DNA from: Seison nebaliae | Lineage: Eukaryota | NCBI GenBank assembly: GCA_023231475.1 | Contig: JALJEE010002126.1 | Span: 62,001 to 93,893 of the forward strand | Direction of reading: 5' to 3' | DNA: 31,893 bases | Part shown: positions 1 to 12,200 of the stretch, in pieces | Position numbering within the stretch: the first letter of the stretch is position 1 | How the letters are laid out: each line of letters opens with the position of its first letter | Position numbers and translations under genes: made by a program | The notes under the pieces: generated by a model | The model's database searches: none | What the model saw: the letters and a program-made list of their open reading frames with translations, nothing else | What the model was told of the DNA's origin: nothing

Positions 1-68
1 ATAAATCAAAAACGTTTTTTTTTTTTAATTTTTTTTTTTCAAATTAATTAACTTTTGTTTTGTTGAAG

Positions 69-1493
69 AATTGTGACGAGGGAATTACCATATAGTCGAT
101 TTATTAGAGAGAGTTATCAAAAGAATTTCTCCTGTCTGTTGTATCAGCAGAAGTTGGTGGAAGATATTCGACGAGATTATTTATCGAAATTTCTTCATGA
201 CATTCTCATAAGTGCAATGGAAGATGATGGAGATGATGATATCGGTATCGATGATGAAAATTTGAATGAAGGAATGGTGAATGATGCATTGAGAGCTGAC
301 CCCAAATTAATGAATGTTCTTTTAACCAATGACATGTTATGTGCATATTCACCTGATCGAATGGAAGAGACGAAAAGAAGAATGAATGCTCAACATTTCA
401 AGAGATTCTCAGAGAATTTCATTGATCGATCGATGATGTATGAGGGATCGAATATTTCCGGATTGGTTATATACAAATTTTATAATATTAATTATTATTA
501 TATATTTATCTTTTTTTCCAATAGATTCAAACGATTCGCGATCATCCAAATCGTAAACGATTTTGGTCGACGATTGATATTATTTTCGATATTTTCTCTC
601 TTCAAATGCATGGAATGGATGAAGAAGCATTTACTCATATCAACAAATATTCCGATGAAGATTTAGTGGATGAGGAAAGAATGATTTATAATAAGGAATT
701 ACCATATTATCCATCATACGACGAATCGGATATTGACGATAATTTTTATGATTATCAAATTAGAAATCAGTCATTAGACACTGATTTCGGTGATGATCTT
801 GATGACGATTTAGATGACGATATAGATAATGATGATGATATGTCCAATGAGAATTCTTATTTCAATCGAATGAAAGGAAGAGAATATCTGATGGAAAATG
901 GACTCAATTCAAATAAAACGACAACTCGTTTAATGGAAGAAGAATATTCGGATAATTCTGATAATTTTAATTGTCGTCGATCTACTCGATCCACAACAAC
1001 AACAACAACAACAACAACAACGATGATAGAAGATGAAGAAGAAGAAGAAGAAGAAGAAAATGATGATGATGATGAAGAAGAAGAAGAAGAAGAAGAAGAA
1101 GAAGAAGAAGAAGAAGAAGAAGAAGAAAGAATAATTGAAAATCTATCAAACAATTTCAATGAGGACGATGATGCTGAAGAATATTTCCAGAATGAGATAA
1201 TTGGAAATGATGTGGAGAACAGTGAACGATTATCTAATGATGATTTAATGAATGGAATAGAGAATGATGAAGATGATGATGGTCATACAAGTGATGGTAG
1301 TGATTCGGAGAATGATTCAGAGAAGAGTATCGATTCACTTAATACAACGAATACTCAATCATCAGTCAAATCATTGACACGAGAAGAATTGGAAGAACTG
1401 AAAAGAAATCGATTCGTCAAATTCATGAATTCGTGTCCACTCCGCAAATTCATCTTCCAACTCATCCAACAAACCTTAATGGATGACGAATAA
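69..1493 (+). CDS. 3' portion of an unidentified, highly acidic (D/E-rich) protein; exons ~69-465 and 525-1493; 5'-partial
   Basis: ORFs 73..666 and 606..1493 join in frame via a phase-0 GT-AG intron 466-524 (gttatatac...ttccaatag), giving ...SNISGL|IQTIRDHPNRKRFWSTIDIIFDIFSLQMHGMDEE...; the T-rich stretch ending ttgaag (1-68) looks like an upstream intron acceptor. Poly-E/D and poly-T tracts; no family recognised. Confidence 0.7.
993..1127 (+). repeat. Coding trinucleotide microsatellites (ACA)n then (GAA)n/(GAT)n encoding poly-Thr and poly-Glu/Asp
   Basis: acaacaaca run at ~993-1020 and gaagaagaa runs at ~1029-1127, in frame with ORF 606..1493. Confidence 0.9.
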
Positions 1494-3642
1494 TAAATAT
1501 GAGAAAGTCATTAGGAAATCACATACAACATATTCAGTCTCATAATGAAATAATTGTTTCGGAGTGAACTGACTCATTGGAATTGACTTCTTCATCTCTC
1601 AGCTCCTCTTCTAGTCTCTAACAATTATCGGTCACTATGAAATCTGTGTTGTCAACTTAACTATTTATTATTATTATCATCATTTCTTTCTTCTAATCCT
1701 TCACAATTTTCTCAAACTAATTTATTTTAATTGAAAATACTAAATGAAAGAAAACATTATTACTCCTATCAATACCATTCTCTAAAACTTTCAATTAATA
1801 AAATGTTATTCTCATCACCACCATCATCATTATCATCATTATTCTCCAACTTGTCACTTCATGCACTTGTCTCCCAGATGAAATAATTTCATCATCATCT
1901 TGATGATTCATTCAAATTAAATGTGGACGTTTGAAGAGAGAGACAGATAGAAAGAGAGTAGAGAGAAAGAAAAGATATTGATCATTTCATATCGATCGTC
2001 CATCCATCCCATCTGTAATAGACGTAAGTTTATTGATAGCTATCATCAAATTTCAGTTGATTGAATATATCATTTCATTTCCTTCCTCTCAAATTCTCAT
2101 ACAAATTGTTTGTATTGATAGGAGAATCCTTCAAATACAAACCAATTCCTTCCTTTCTTTCCAATTTGAATGAAGGAAAGAAAAGTTTTCTTTCAAGTAA
2201 CTTCTCTTGAAAATCTCGAAAAAAATTGATGTGTAAATTTCTTTCTTTTTTGGAAAATGGTCGAAAATTGTCGAAACAATTACCAGATGGAATGGATAGT
2301 TTTATTTCATTTTCTTTTTGTCCTTCACATCAATTTCACTAAACCGATTTTGTGAAATGAATTGAAAGAATAAATATTATTACTTTATATCTCATCATTG
2401 GAATGGAATTGAATAATTTCCTATTCTACTTTTCAGAACTATTTTAAAGACACATATTGACTGTTATTGGTGTCATTATTATTGTTGTTGTTGTTGTGGA
2501 GAAGTAAGTAAAAATGAAGAGAAATATATTTAAATTTCCATTGGAAATTGATGATACTTTGACATGTTTCCTTCGTGCATCACAGTGGCCTTCGCACTAC
2601 GGCAACAAATGTTATAAGAAGAAGAAAAAAATGAAAGAAATAACTTTCCATCTTATTTTCACTCCATCTTATTCAAAGCGGAACTTCTCTTTATCGGAAT
2701 AAATTCTTCCTTCTTTTTTTTTTCAATTTAATTCTCTTTCACAATTCCAATATTTATCATAATGATGGACAATTCTTAATCATTCTCCTTCCACAATAAT
2801 TATATGACATGAATTAGAAATCTTGTTAGATTACATTCTCTTTTTCAATATGAACTTCAACTTATAATTCTTCACCATTCCAATGATTAATCGGAAAGAA
2901 ATTATTCAGTCTTCAGTTCTTTCTTACAATCAGTCTCCGTTCTGGAACACAGTTATATTCTTAAAATTTTCTCATTCTCCTTTTAACTGGTAATTGAACG
3001 AAAGTAATTAAAATAACCATAATATGCTACATTTAGGGATTATGATTAATTTATCATCCTAACTCCATCAATTGGTGCTCCCTCATCTTTTCCAACATTT
3101 ATTATCATCGCACATATGATATTTTATTATGTCGACTAATTTTTTTTTCAAAAATATCAATTCAGTTTCTTACTTTCAACAAACACATAAGTTAAGATTA
3201 TTCTAATATTAACGATATTACAGAATACAGAAACAAATTGATGAAAGAATAACATTCAAACAATTAGTAATTATCAGAAAACGAGTTGTTCTTATAAGAA
3301 TTTTAGGTTGTTATTTAACAATTTAATATTTCTCAAAAAATTCAAAAACTCAAAAAAAATTTCCAGAAAAAAATGTTGATAATTTGGAAATATAAAACGT
3401 ATAATAATTTCTTTTTCTTATAATCAGATGATATTATTCAATTTTCACAACAATTGAGTGAACATCTCATTCTTTTCAATTTAATTTTTATCATCAACCA
3501 ACAAACCAAAAAAAAAGAAAACTGAGGAAAATTTATTTGAATAAATTCTCCCAATATTCCCTTTCACTTTCAGCAACTAACTAACAACAACAACGTATAA
3601 CAATTATTTTTCTCAAAAAAACTGATTTCTTATCAAAAAGTA

Positions 3643-4464
3643 ATGAATCTGATAACTTTAGAAATGAGAACTGCAATCGCAGTTGGAATGATCGCGGGTA
3701 TCGTAGCTCTTGTTACTCGACTTAAGGCGAGAAGTGCCTTCATGTTAAGTATGTCAACTTTGTCACTCTATTGTCAATCAACATTAGCTGGCGCTACGAG
3801 TCTCATCTCGTCATTTGTGGCGATGCACGTTGACAATCAATGGATCGCTAGTTCATTGATGGCTTTATCTTTCATCGCCTTATTCGTCAATTCGACTCCG
3901 TTATTGGCGGTGTCGATTGTGGGAAGTATCCTGTCAATTTGGAATAATAATTCACCATATACAGCATCGATTGCAACAATTTTTACAATTCTCTCCATAT
4001 TCGTCAGAAGTCGATCAATCATCGCTCTTCTCACCATAATTACTTTATTCTGTTTCTATGGAGAATCGTCAATGGTTCTCCTTTATATCATCGGTATTAC
4101 CAGCTTCTGTATGTTGGCTACCGATTGGCTATTTATACTTTTCGTATCGGCCGTCATCGCTTTCGTCCTCTTCAAACAATTCATTCCCGACAAATACAAT
4201 CCACTCTCCTCACTCCTCAAATCATCAATGTCATCTGATCCGTCGAAACGGTTATCCGAATTAAGAACTAAATTGAACGATCGATTAGCCAAAGCCGAAG
4301 AAGAAGAATTGGAATTACTCGAAAAATTCTCTACGATAACTGAAGAGGATAAATTGAAGAAGCAAATCAAACGGGAAGAAGAAAATCGACAAGAAAAAAT
4401 TGTGGAAAAACAATCAGATCAACTCCTCAACAACGCCAATAATAAAGTAGCAATTACAACATGA
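3643..4464 (+). CDS. Uncharacterised multi-pass membrane protein (273 aa) with C-terminal charged coiled-coil
   Basis: ATG-initiated, stop-free ORF visibly more GC-rich than its flanks; residues ~10-177 are about nine short hydrophobic segments, followed by an E/K-rich helical tail (SKRLSELRTKLNDRLAKAEEEELELLEK). A plausible 46-nt 5'UTR intron (gtataac...aaaaag, 3595-3640) ends just before the ATG. Confidence 0.75.
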   Translation: MNLITLEMRTAIAVGMIAGIVALVTRLKARSAFMLSMSTLSLYCQSTLAGATSLISSFVAMHVDNQWIASSLMALSFIALFVNSTPLLAVSIVGSILSIWNNNSPYTASIATIFTILSIFVRSRSIIALLTIITLFCFYGESSMVLLYIIGITSFCMLATDWLFILFVSAVIAFVLFKQFIPDKYNPLSSLLKSSMSSDPSKRLSELRTKLNDRLAKAEEEELELLEKFSTITEEDKLKKQIKREEENRQEKIVEKQSDQLLNNANNKVAITT

Positions 4465-4982
4465 ACGTGAAATTTGAGGATTCTCTCTCATTCGATTCAT
4501 TTGCTCTAAAACATCTTGAACTCCATTTCTTCTAGAATAGATCATTGAGATGTCCAATGAACTTTTATAATTTTTAACGTTTCATTTCCTCTTCTAAAAC
4601 CAATAATTTCATTAAGCGAATATATCTTTTTTCCATTATCATTTCATTTATCCTTTCCTCGTTACCATGACAACTGAAGAACTTTCCCAGAAAAAAAAAT
4701 TAAAAAACTAATTAAAATTCGTTTTTTTCTTTCCTCTCATATTATCAGATAGAACTCAAATGATTTATTTAATAATGACAATGAATAGAATGAGAAATTG
4801 GAAAGTTAATTCGATTTCTGAAGCAAAAAAAAAACTTCATAACATTCAAAAAGATCAACTGATTCTTTTGTAAGAAGAAAAATAAAGGAAAGTTAATGAA
4901 ATCAAATTGTTTTGGAATTCTCTTCAAATTTCAATCGAATATATTTTCCTTCTTTTTTTTTTAATTCTTCCATCTCTTTCTC

Positions 4983-6245
4983 TCAACTGTAAAATTGAAT
5001 GAAATTGTCAAATAATGAAAAAGGAAAGGAATAAACGTTGCCGACGAATCAGAGAGAGGATTATTTTTCAAAATTTCTCCGCCAACTCGATAGGAAATTA
5101 AATTGGCCCAAGAAATCTTTGTTTTAGTCACAGGAAGTTGTCGTCTCAAAGAACGGAAAGTAGTTTCTGACATTTTCAAGTAATTTGCATTTAACGCATC
5201 CTGAAATTAAATAATTTTAACAAGACAATTCAAAATGGAGAAAAAAACTTCATAATCGTTTTCGCATTGAAGGACTAGTTTGTGGAATTTCTTTACGAAT
5301 TCCTCCATATTCTTAAAATTAATTTCTTCGCTACACTTCTTATGAGACAACAGTTGGACGTTTCCTTCCTCATAATAATGGATTTGAACTTTCATCACAC
5401 CATCAATAGTACATTGAGAGTTATCTGGTGCAAATTGAGCTCTCCATTCAGATTTCCATGTGCCACCCCTGAAAATATTCGGATAAATGGAATTAAATAG
5501 GAAATATGTTAAAAAATATAAATTAAATAAAAATTTAGAAATGAAAAAAAAAGTAAAAATATTACAGAAATTTAAGAATTTAAGAATGAAAAGTTTTAAA
5601 AATTTAACCAAAAATTTTTTGAACTAATTCTATTACTTTCTATGCAAATACAAAGAGTAAATAAAGTTGGATTGATGTCGTAGCTACCGAAAACACTCAT
5701 TGCTCCATTTCCGAATCGATCGGAAACATATTTGAAAAATTGTTCTTCCAAAGCATTCCTCCATTCTTCCACTTCATTATTCATTTTTTCGTCATCGCCT
5801 CCGATAATTTCAGCGAGTTCAGCATCGCTCAATTTCGACACAGTTCCATTGGCATGATTATATTCGAACTTTTTTCTACTTCTCGGACAGAAGAAGAGTC
5901 CTGGAGATAATTCATTGAATGTTGTAATGAGACATGGCTTTTTTTCATTTGGTAATAAACAATGTGTAAATCGATTCTTATTGAAAGTAGGGAATGATCT
6001 AAAAGGGAAATATTTTTCGGAAATTTAAAAGAAAAGTGAGAAACTTTTCTGCTGCTTCTTGTGCTATCGTATCGTCATTGAGTAGAATTCGAACGTTGGA
6101 AAAGACATTTGATATTTCCCCTGATGGCACATATTTCATCAAATCAGTTGCACATGTTAACTTTATGATGATATGAAACAATTTAAAGGAAATTAAAAAA
6201 AACTTTTTCATCTTTCGTTGGTATGTGCTCATCATACGATGTCAT
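4983..6245 (-). CDS. CAPZA: F-actin capping protein subunit alpha (divergent), ~311 aa; exons 6245-6204, 6160-6045, 5998-5609, 5468-5249, 5200-5037, 4986-4983
   Basis: Spliced translation MTSYDEHIPTKDEK|LTCATDLMKYVPSGEISNVFSNVRILLNDD...KNFW|GGTWKSEW...VMKVQIHYYEEGNVQLLSHK...ENDYE|DALNANYLKMSETTFRSLRRQLPVTKTKISW matches CapZ-alpha motifs (PPGEFNEVFNDVRLLL; FWNGRWRSEW; QVHYYEDGNVQL; LRRQLPVTRTKIDW). All five introns are GT-AG (43, 46, 140, 48, 50 nt) and keep frame. Confidence 0.93.
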
Positions 6246-9200
6246 ATTCGACTCACGTTCCTTACTGAATTCTTATTAATTTATTTGTTTACTTTTTCGA
6301 AAGTCTGAAAGAAAAATGGAAAATTTATTTAGTTCCAATTCTTCTCCAATTCCAATCGATTGTTCAGGAAATGGAAATGATAAATTATTTATCTGGCAAT
6401 AACATTCATTTTCAATATGTCTTCATATTTAATAGTTCATTCCTTTTATTTACTTTTAAACATTCTCTTGATAAGTAAATTTCGCAGATAGAGAAGATAG
6501 AATTCACACACTACTCAATTTTACCACTTAAAATTTTGGCTTTTATCATTCTTTGAATTTTTAGCTAAACTTCATTTTAAATAATTTTTAAATTAAAATA
6601 TTCTTGATTTTATGAATTATTCCAAATTGATATTAAGCTAAACTCTTGAATTTAACTTATTGGAAAATTTATAATTATGAAGAATTCGAATTAATCAACT
6701 TGTTGTTATTGGTGATGAAGAAAATTTGATGAATCATCATTATTAACAGTTTTTTCTAATCACTATATATTGTGAAAATTTCTTTCAAAATCATTATTAA
6801 TGAAATTATTAGTTTTTTCAATTGAAATGGGAAGGGTGGAGGAAAGTTGAAATGAATTCTCCACTGAAGAGCAAGTTTTCCCATTTCTACTCAAATATTC
6901 TCTCGAATTTATGAAAAACTCGTTATACCAATTGAACAAACTACTTTATCGGAAATATGTGAGTCTGTCAAACTCCATCAATTGTCACTATCTCCAATAA
7001 GGATCTACCTAAAAAGTTATAATACTCTTAATTCCTCAATTCGTGACAGACAAATACTAATTCTTACCAGAATTAAAATCATGTTCCCAATTACCTTTAC
7101 TCTCATTCATTTCAATGTTTATAAAAATATTTCTGTTTTAAAATTTCTTCATTCTAATTTCCTTCTTATTCATTTTAAAAATAAAATTGAAAAATAAATT
7201 ATATTAAATTTCTTATTAAAATTCACAAGAATATGGTTTTCTCATAAAAATTGTTGACGTTAATTTTCTAAAAAAAATATATAAATAAAATAAAATATAA
7301 TAGGCAATTGGGAAATGTTCGCAGAATGATATTCGAATAAATTCATAGTTAGATAACGGTAGGTAGTAAAACGGTAATTTCGAAGAATAAAAGCGCAAAA
7401 AATTTTTTTCACGAACTTCTCATATTGGAAAAGAATAACTGTCATTCTAAATTCACTTTACTTACAAGATTTACTTACACTTGTTAGATTTGTTTCTTAA
7501 TAATTTGTTCAAGTGAAATTTCAATCAGATCTACAATTCAATCTACAAGAATGGTTAGTTTCATTCAAAATTTCCATCAATTATAGTTTCAATGTGGAAA
7601 AATTGTTATGATCTAATTATGATTAGACGAGTGAAATGAGAAGAACAATTAAAAATGTTCCTTGATGAGGAAATGGTAAAGGTATTTGTGTAGTGAAAAT
7701 GATTGGGAGAATATGGGGCGGTGGTTCATGAAGAATGAATGAAATTTTAGCGAATGGATCAATGGCAAAGAAATAGATGAAAGATCGATCATCTTTCATC
7801 TGGCGATTCACTAAACAACAATAGTTGCTTGATGTTTATTTACATTCTAATTGTTATTTGAGGTAAGGATTAGGAGGGAAAACTGCACGTTAGATTGCCA
7901 CCTAATTGTACCTGGCACGAAATGGTTGATAAGGGCTGAACTAAATGAGAAGGTTTCCTCTCTTTCGATAAGAGCAGAAGGCTTCATTGTGTGCAACGAT
8001 ATTAAACTGTTTGTCAATTAGATAAACATACATCGAATGTATCTTTTACAAAAAAAGAGCGATCGGACGACCTGTACGTATTTCATGTGATGACTTTGAT
8101 CTTCTTCCTATTTCAGTGTCATTGACCGACGAGTTGATGGACTGATTCTAATAATCGCTAAATTGGGGCTCGCACGATAGTGTTCTTTTATTTCTGTTAC
8201 GTTCGTCTATTATTTCGAGAATGACGATAGGACTTTCATTACAAATAAGCAAACGTGTCACCTGATTCACAAGGAATTATGGAATTTTTAATTTTCTATG
8301 AATTTCCATCATCCAGTCGAATGGAATGCCAATTTTTCGGTTTTTTTTAAAGATATATTTGAACAAAACTTTATTATTGATAAATCATTGGGAATGTTTT
8401 CTGAATGGAGGTGACGGTTGAAGATTAATGATGGGATGGTGAGAGGAGTGATGATGATCATCATCATTGCATAAATGAAACAGATGTGTATCTGAAGTTT
8501 GCTTTCGTGCAGAAGGAATACTTTGGAACGTAAGTTGTCAAAAATTTTTAATTTTTTTGCGCCGAAACTTTTTTATCATTCCCAATGATGATGACGAGGA
8601 TGATGATCAGTTGTACGTGTCCAATATTCAGTGTAACTGATGGTATATCGATGTGATGGATATTCTCCGATATTAAAGTGCGTGCTTGTCAGTCAAAGAT
8701 TGTTTCGGTGCAGACAATAATGACAATAGTGACATGGATCGAGATAATGAGGGTAACAAAAATTCATCATGATTTATGTCACTAGAAATGACGGCGTAAA
8801 AAAATTGTTACTGGGTCAAATTATACAAAATGAAATGGGATGTTCGTAGTTAAATTGATGAATCTTCGATCTTTAATTATCGATCCATTTCATCATTCCC
8901 AAAATTTTCTTCTGATATTCTCGTTGAGAATGAAACATTTCTCTTTTGGAAATCAGTTCAATATAAAAGATCAAAAAAAAGATTTTTCATGCTCCGTTTT
9001 TGTGAGTTAACTTGTCTATTGTAAATTCTGTATGTTATACGAATTGATGGAATTTGTGAAGAGATTGTTTTCGTAAATTAATTGGCTCGCTATGAATAAG
9101 GTGTACGAGAGAATTAATTTAGGGGAATTGACATGAAGGGAAGAGAGATGGTTATTGTAAGAAAGAAGAAGTTATTGATTGATAAGTAGAAGATCATGCA

Positions 9201-12200
9201 TAGAAAACAATAAGGTTAATGAATCTACAAATATAATTAGTTGACGTAGTGAAGAAACTTATGAAGAGAAGGGAAATCTTGTCACTTCACCACGTACGAA
9301 GTGAAAGCATCAGTTACACGTATTACTTGGAGCAGATGTAGATTATTGGTCGAGAAGAATTAGAGCATTATACGTGCACAACTTGTGCAGTTGAGTATAG
9401 ATTAGAAAGATTCAATTTTCCTCCTATTTTCGAGTAGAATGAAAGAAGAAATTTCTTTAAGCACTTTGACAGGAACGATGAGAAATAGAGGTGAGGGGAG
9501 GAAAGGAAAATGAAATTAAGTCGACTCTTCATCTCTCGTCCGAGCATGATAGCTACTCGTTCTGCCCAAATCAGGCCCGCCAGTTATTGGCTGTTGTAGG
9601 GATTAAGTAAATATGATTATGCAATAAAGTTTGATCTCTCCCAAAACGGATTGGGCGAATAGAGATCATTCCAAAATGTTATTAATGAAGTGTGGTAGAG
9701 TGAACGTGTAAATAGGTGATTAAGAATAGAGAAATTTTCTGGTTATTCATCTGTCCATACATAGGTGACAAGAAAAAATGTGGAGCATGAAGCGCTCGTC
9801 GTACACTTTCGCTCCAAGTGCTTATTCATGAGATGAATGATTAACAAAATTATTGTTCGCTTTAAATAGATGTCGTACATTGAAATTGGAAAGAATTGAG
9901 ATGGATCTATGAATCAAGATGAATCGTCAGCTATTGGAAAACGAGATTAGGTTTGGTTAATAACCAAAATACTCGTCTTCAACGACCAATTCTCATTCAA
10001 TCAATTCTCTTCATTCTCCTTTCAATCCCAATAAAACATTCAATAATAATATCTTCAACTCTTCCTCAACTAATTTCTCCTCTAATCGACAACAAATTTC
10101 CATTAACATCACGTTTCCATGACAACCGCATCATCTAATTTTTCAACATTTGTTTAGATAACTCTAATTTTTTCCAATGATCTTATGATATGTAAAATAA
10201 ATAAAGAATCATTTCCCATCGTTTTCCATCATTATTCGAAGTAATTGATTTATGATTTAATATATTCGTTTCATTTAAATTAAATTCGTAAAATAAGTGA
10301 ATTTATGTTTTGTGGGAAATGTCCGTATCAACGAATTCTGTATTTATTTGTTTTATTCTTCCGAATAAGAAGAGTTGATTATTGAAATGATGAAGACTGG
10401 AAATAATTATGCATAAATATCAGGTCGAGTCACTTGTTTTTCAATCAATAAATTGTGATCGAACATGGATCTTCTGTTTTTGAATATTTTATTCCATTTC
10501 TGTTTCTCCAGTAATTCCTTCATCATTTTCTCAAGTCACTGACGGAAGAGAAACAAAAAAATTTCCTTGTTTCGTTTATTTAGTTCATTTTCAATATTTG
10601 TTTGTTCGTCGAAATTGTTCGAATAACAAAGAACATCGATGATTCGCTCACAACTTAATTCTGATTTGTCGACAGATTGTTGGGGAGAGGCACATTTCAC
10701 ATGTTATTCCCATCGTCTACTATTTCTCTCGAGTTCACTTGGAATTCGTTCGAAATTAATTAATTATTAGAAGAAGAATAATTATTAGGAGAATTTCAAT
10801 TTTTAGTAATTATCATTAACAAATGATTCGCAGGAAAAAAGAAGAAAAAAAATTGTCGAACATTCGTCGTAATGATCGAATATGTCAATGATAAATTGCC
10901 TGAAGCATGACAGGCGTATACGATGTTTGATCATCCCGTTCTATGCTATAATGCGACAGAAGAAACGATTAGGTGACCTGTCTCATCTCTACTTTTCTAT
11001 TTCCCCAGGCAGATGGATCTCATTACACGGAAATTCGTTGCATTGACATTTTTCGACATATCATCATTTCGTTGTGTATGTTCTGCTAAATCGTGTTTTC
11101 TTTCTTATTGTTATTATTTTCTTTCTTTCTTCCTTTCCCATTTTCGCTTTTAAAGGAAAAAACTAAAAAATTAATTGAATCTTCTTGTTATTCTTTACTT
11201 TTTGTTCGATCTTACATCTATCAATTTGTTTACCGATCTCTCAATTCATATGTAATCTCCATTCTTACAATTTATTATCTATATCGAATTATCGTTTTTA
11301 TAGAAGAAATTATAATTCTCATCGATTGTTATTTGGTGAAGATAAGTTTGTTGATTTTCATGTTTTTTATGAATGTCTTCTTCTAAGAATGTTTCATTAA
11401 TTTTTAATGGAATTTTTTCAAAACAAAGCAAGCAGTTTTAATTGGATTGCAATGGAAATTCATTGTGTGCTAAGAGAAACAAACGATGTAACAAAATCAG
11501 TTTGTTTCATGAATCGACAACGAAGAGTAAAAAGTAACGAGTATTAAACGATCAAATCTTCCCAATATGAGGACGTGATGGAAAATTGAGACATTCTCTG
11601 ATTGAATATTTTCCCCCTCCATATGAGTCAGAGGAGAGAGAGGGGTGGTGTATAATGTCATTGCAAATTGATATTAGATCTGTTGACGTTGAAGGAACCT
11701 GTAGGGCACGGTTTCAGTTCGGATAATTTGCTTTTACCTCCAGTGATAGTGCCTTCGAACAATGAGAAATAATAGTCGGATTTTATGGGTAGAAAGTATA
11801 TGAATGTGTAGGAATTGAAGGGAGGGATGATAAGGGAAAGTAGACGGATTACATGAAATGACACATAATACACCTACAGACGACTGTCGGACTTATAAGA
11901 CTAGGTTAGTAAAAAGCAGAATAACATTCCCACCCGACTAATATACCTGTGTGTGTGTGTGGCAGGAGAGTTATACGATTGTAAAAGTGTAGAGATGGCC
12001 CCTACCAAAGGTGTATGCACGAAAGAAGACTGATGACAAACACTAGTTCACTATAAGTGAAAGAAGAAAGGAATAAGAAGAAGAAGAAAAAGAAATAGAA
12101 AAAGAACAACGAATAAAGAAGACACAAATATCCTCTTTATTTGCATAGGGCCAACATCAACATTTTCTTTTCATTTTATGCATCTTTCTTGTGCAAACAG

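Noticed and set aside
857..1159. Minus-strand poly-Ser/Val ORF
   Set aside because: Antisense shadow of the GAA/ACA microsatellites in the plus-strand gene.
4961..5036. Constitutive hydrophobic C-terminal tail on CapZ-alpha as given by the ORF track
   Set aside because: The segment has clear intron features (gtttatt...ttttacag, 50 nt), and splicing gives an immediate stop.
6300..7450. Possible gene from the short ORFs at 6982-7445
   Set aside because: Extremely AT-rich F/I/L/K-biased translations, no consistent exon chain and no motif.
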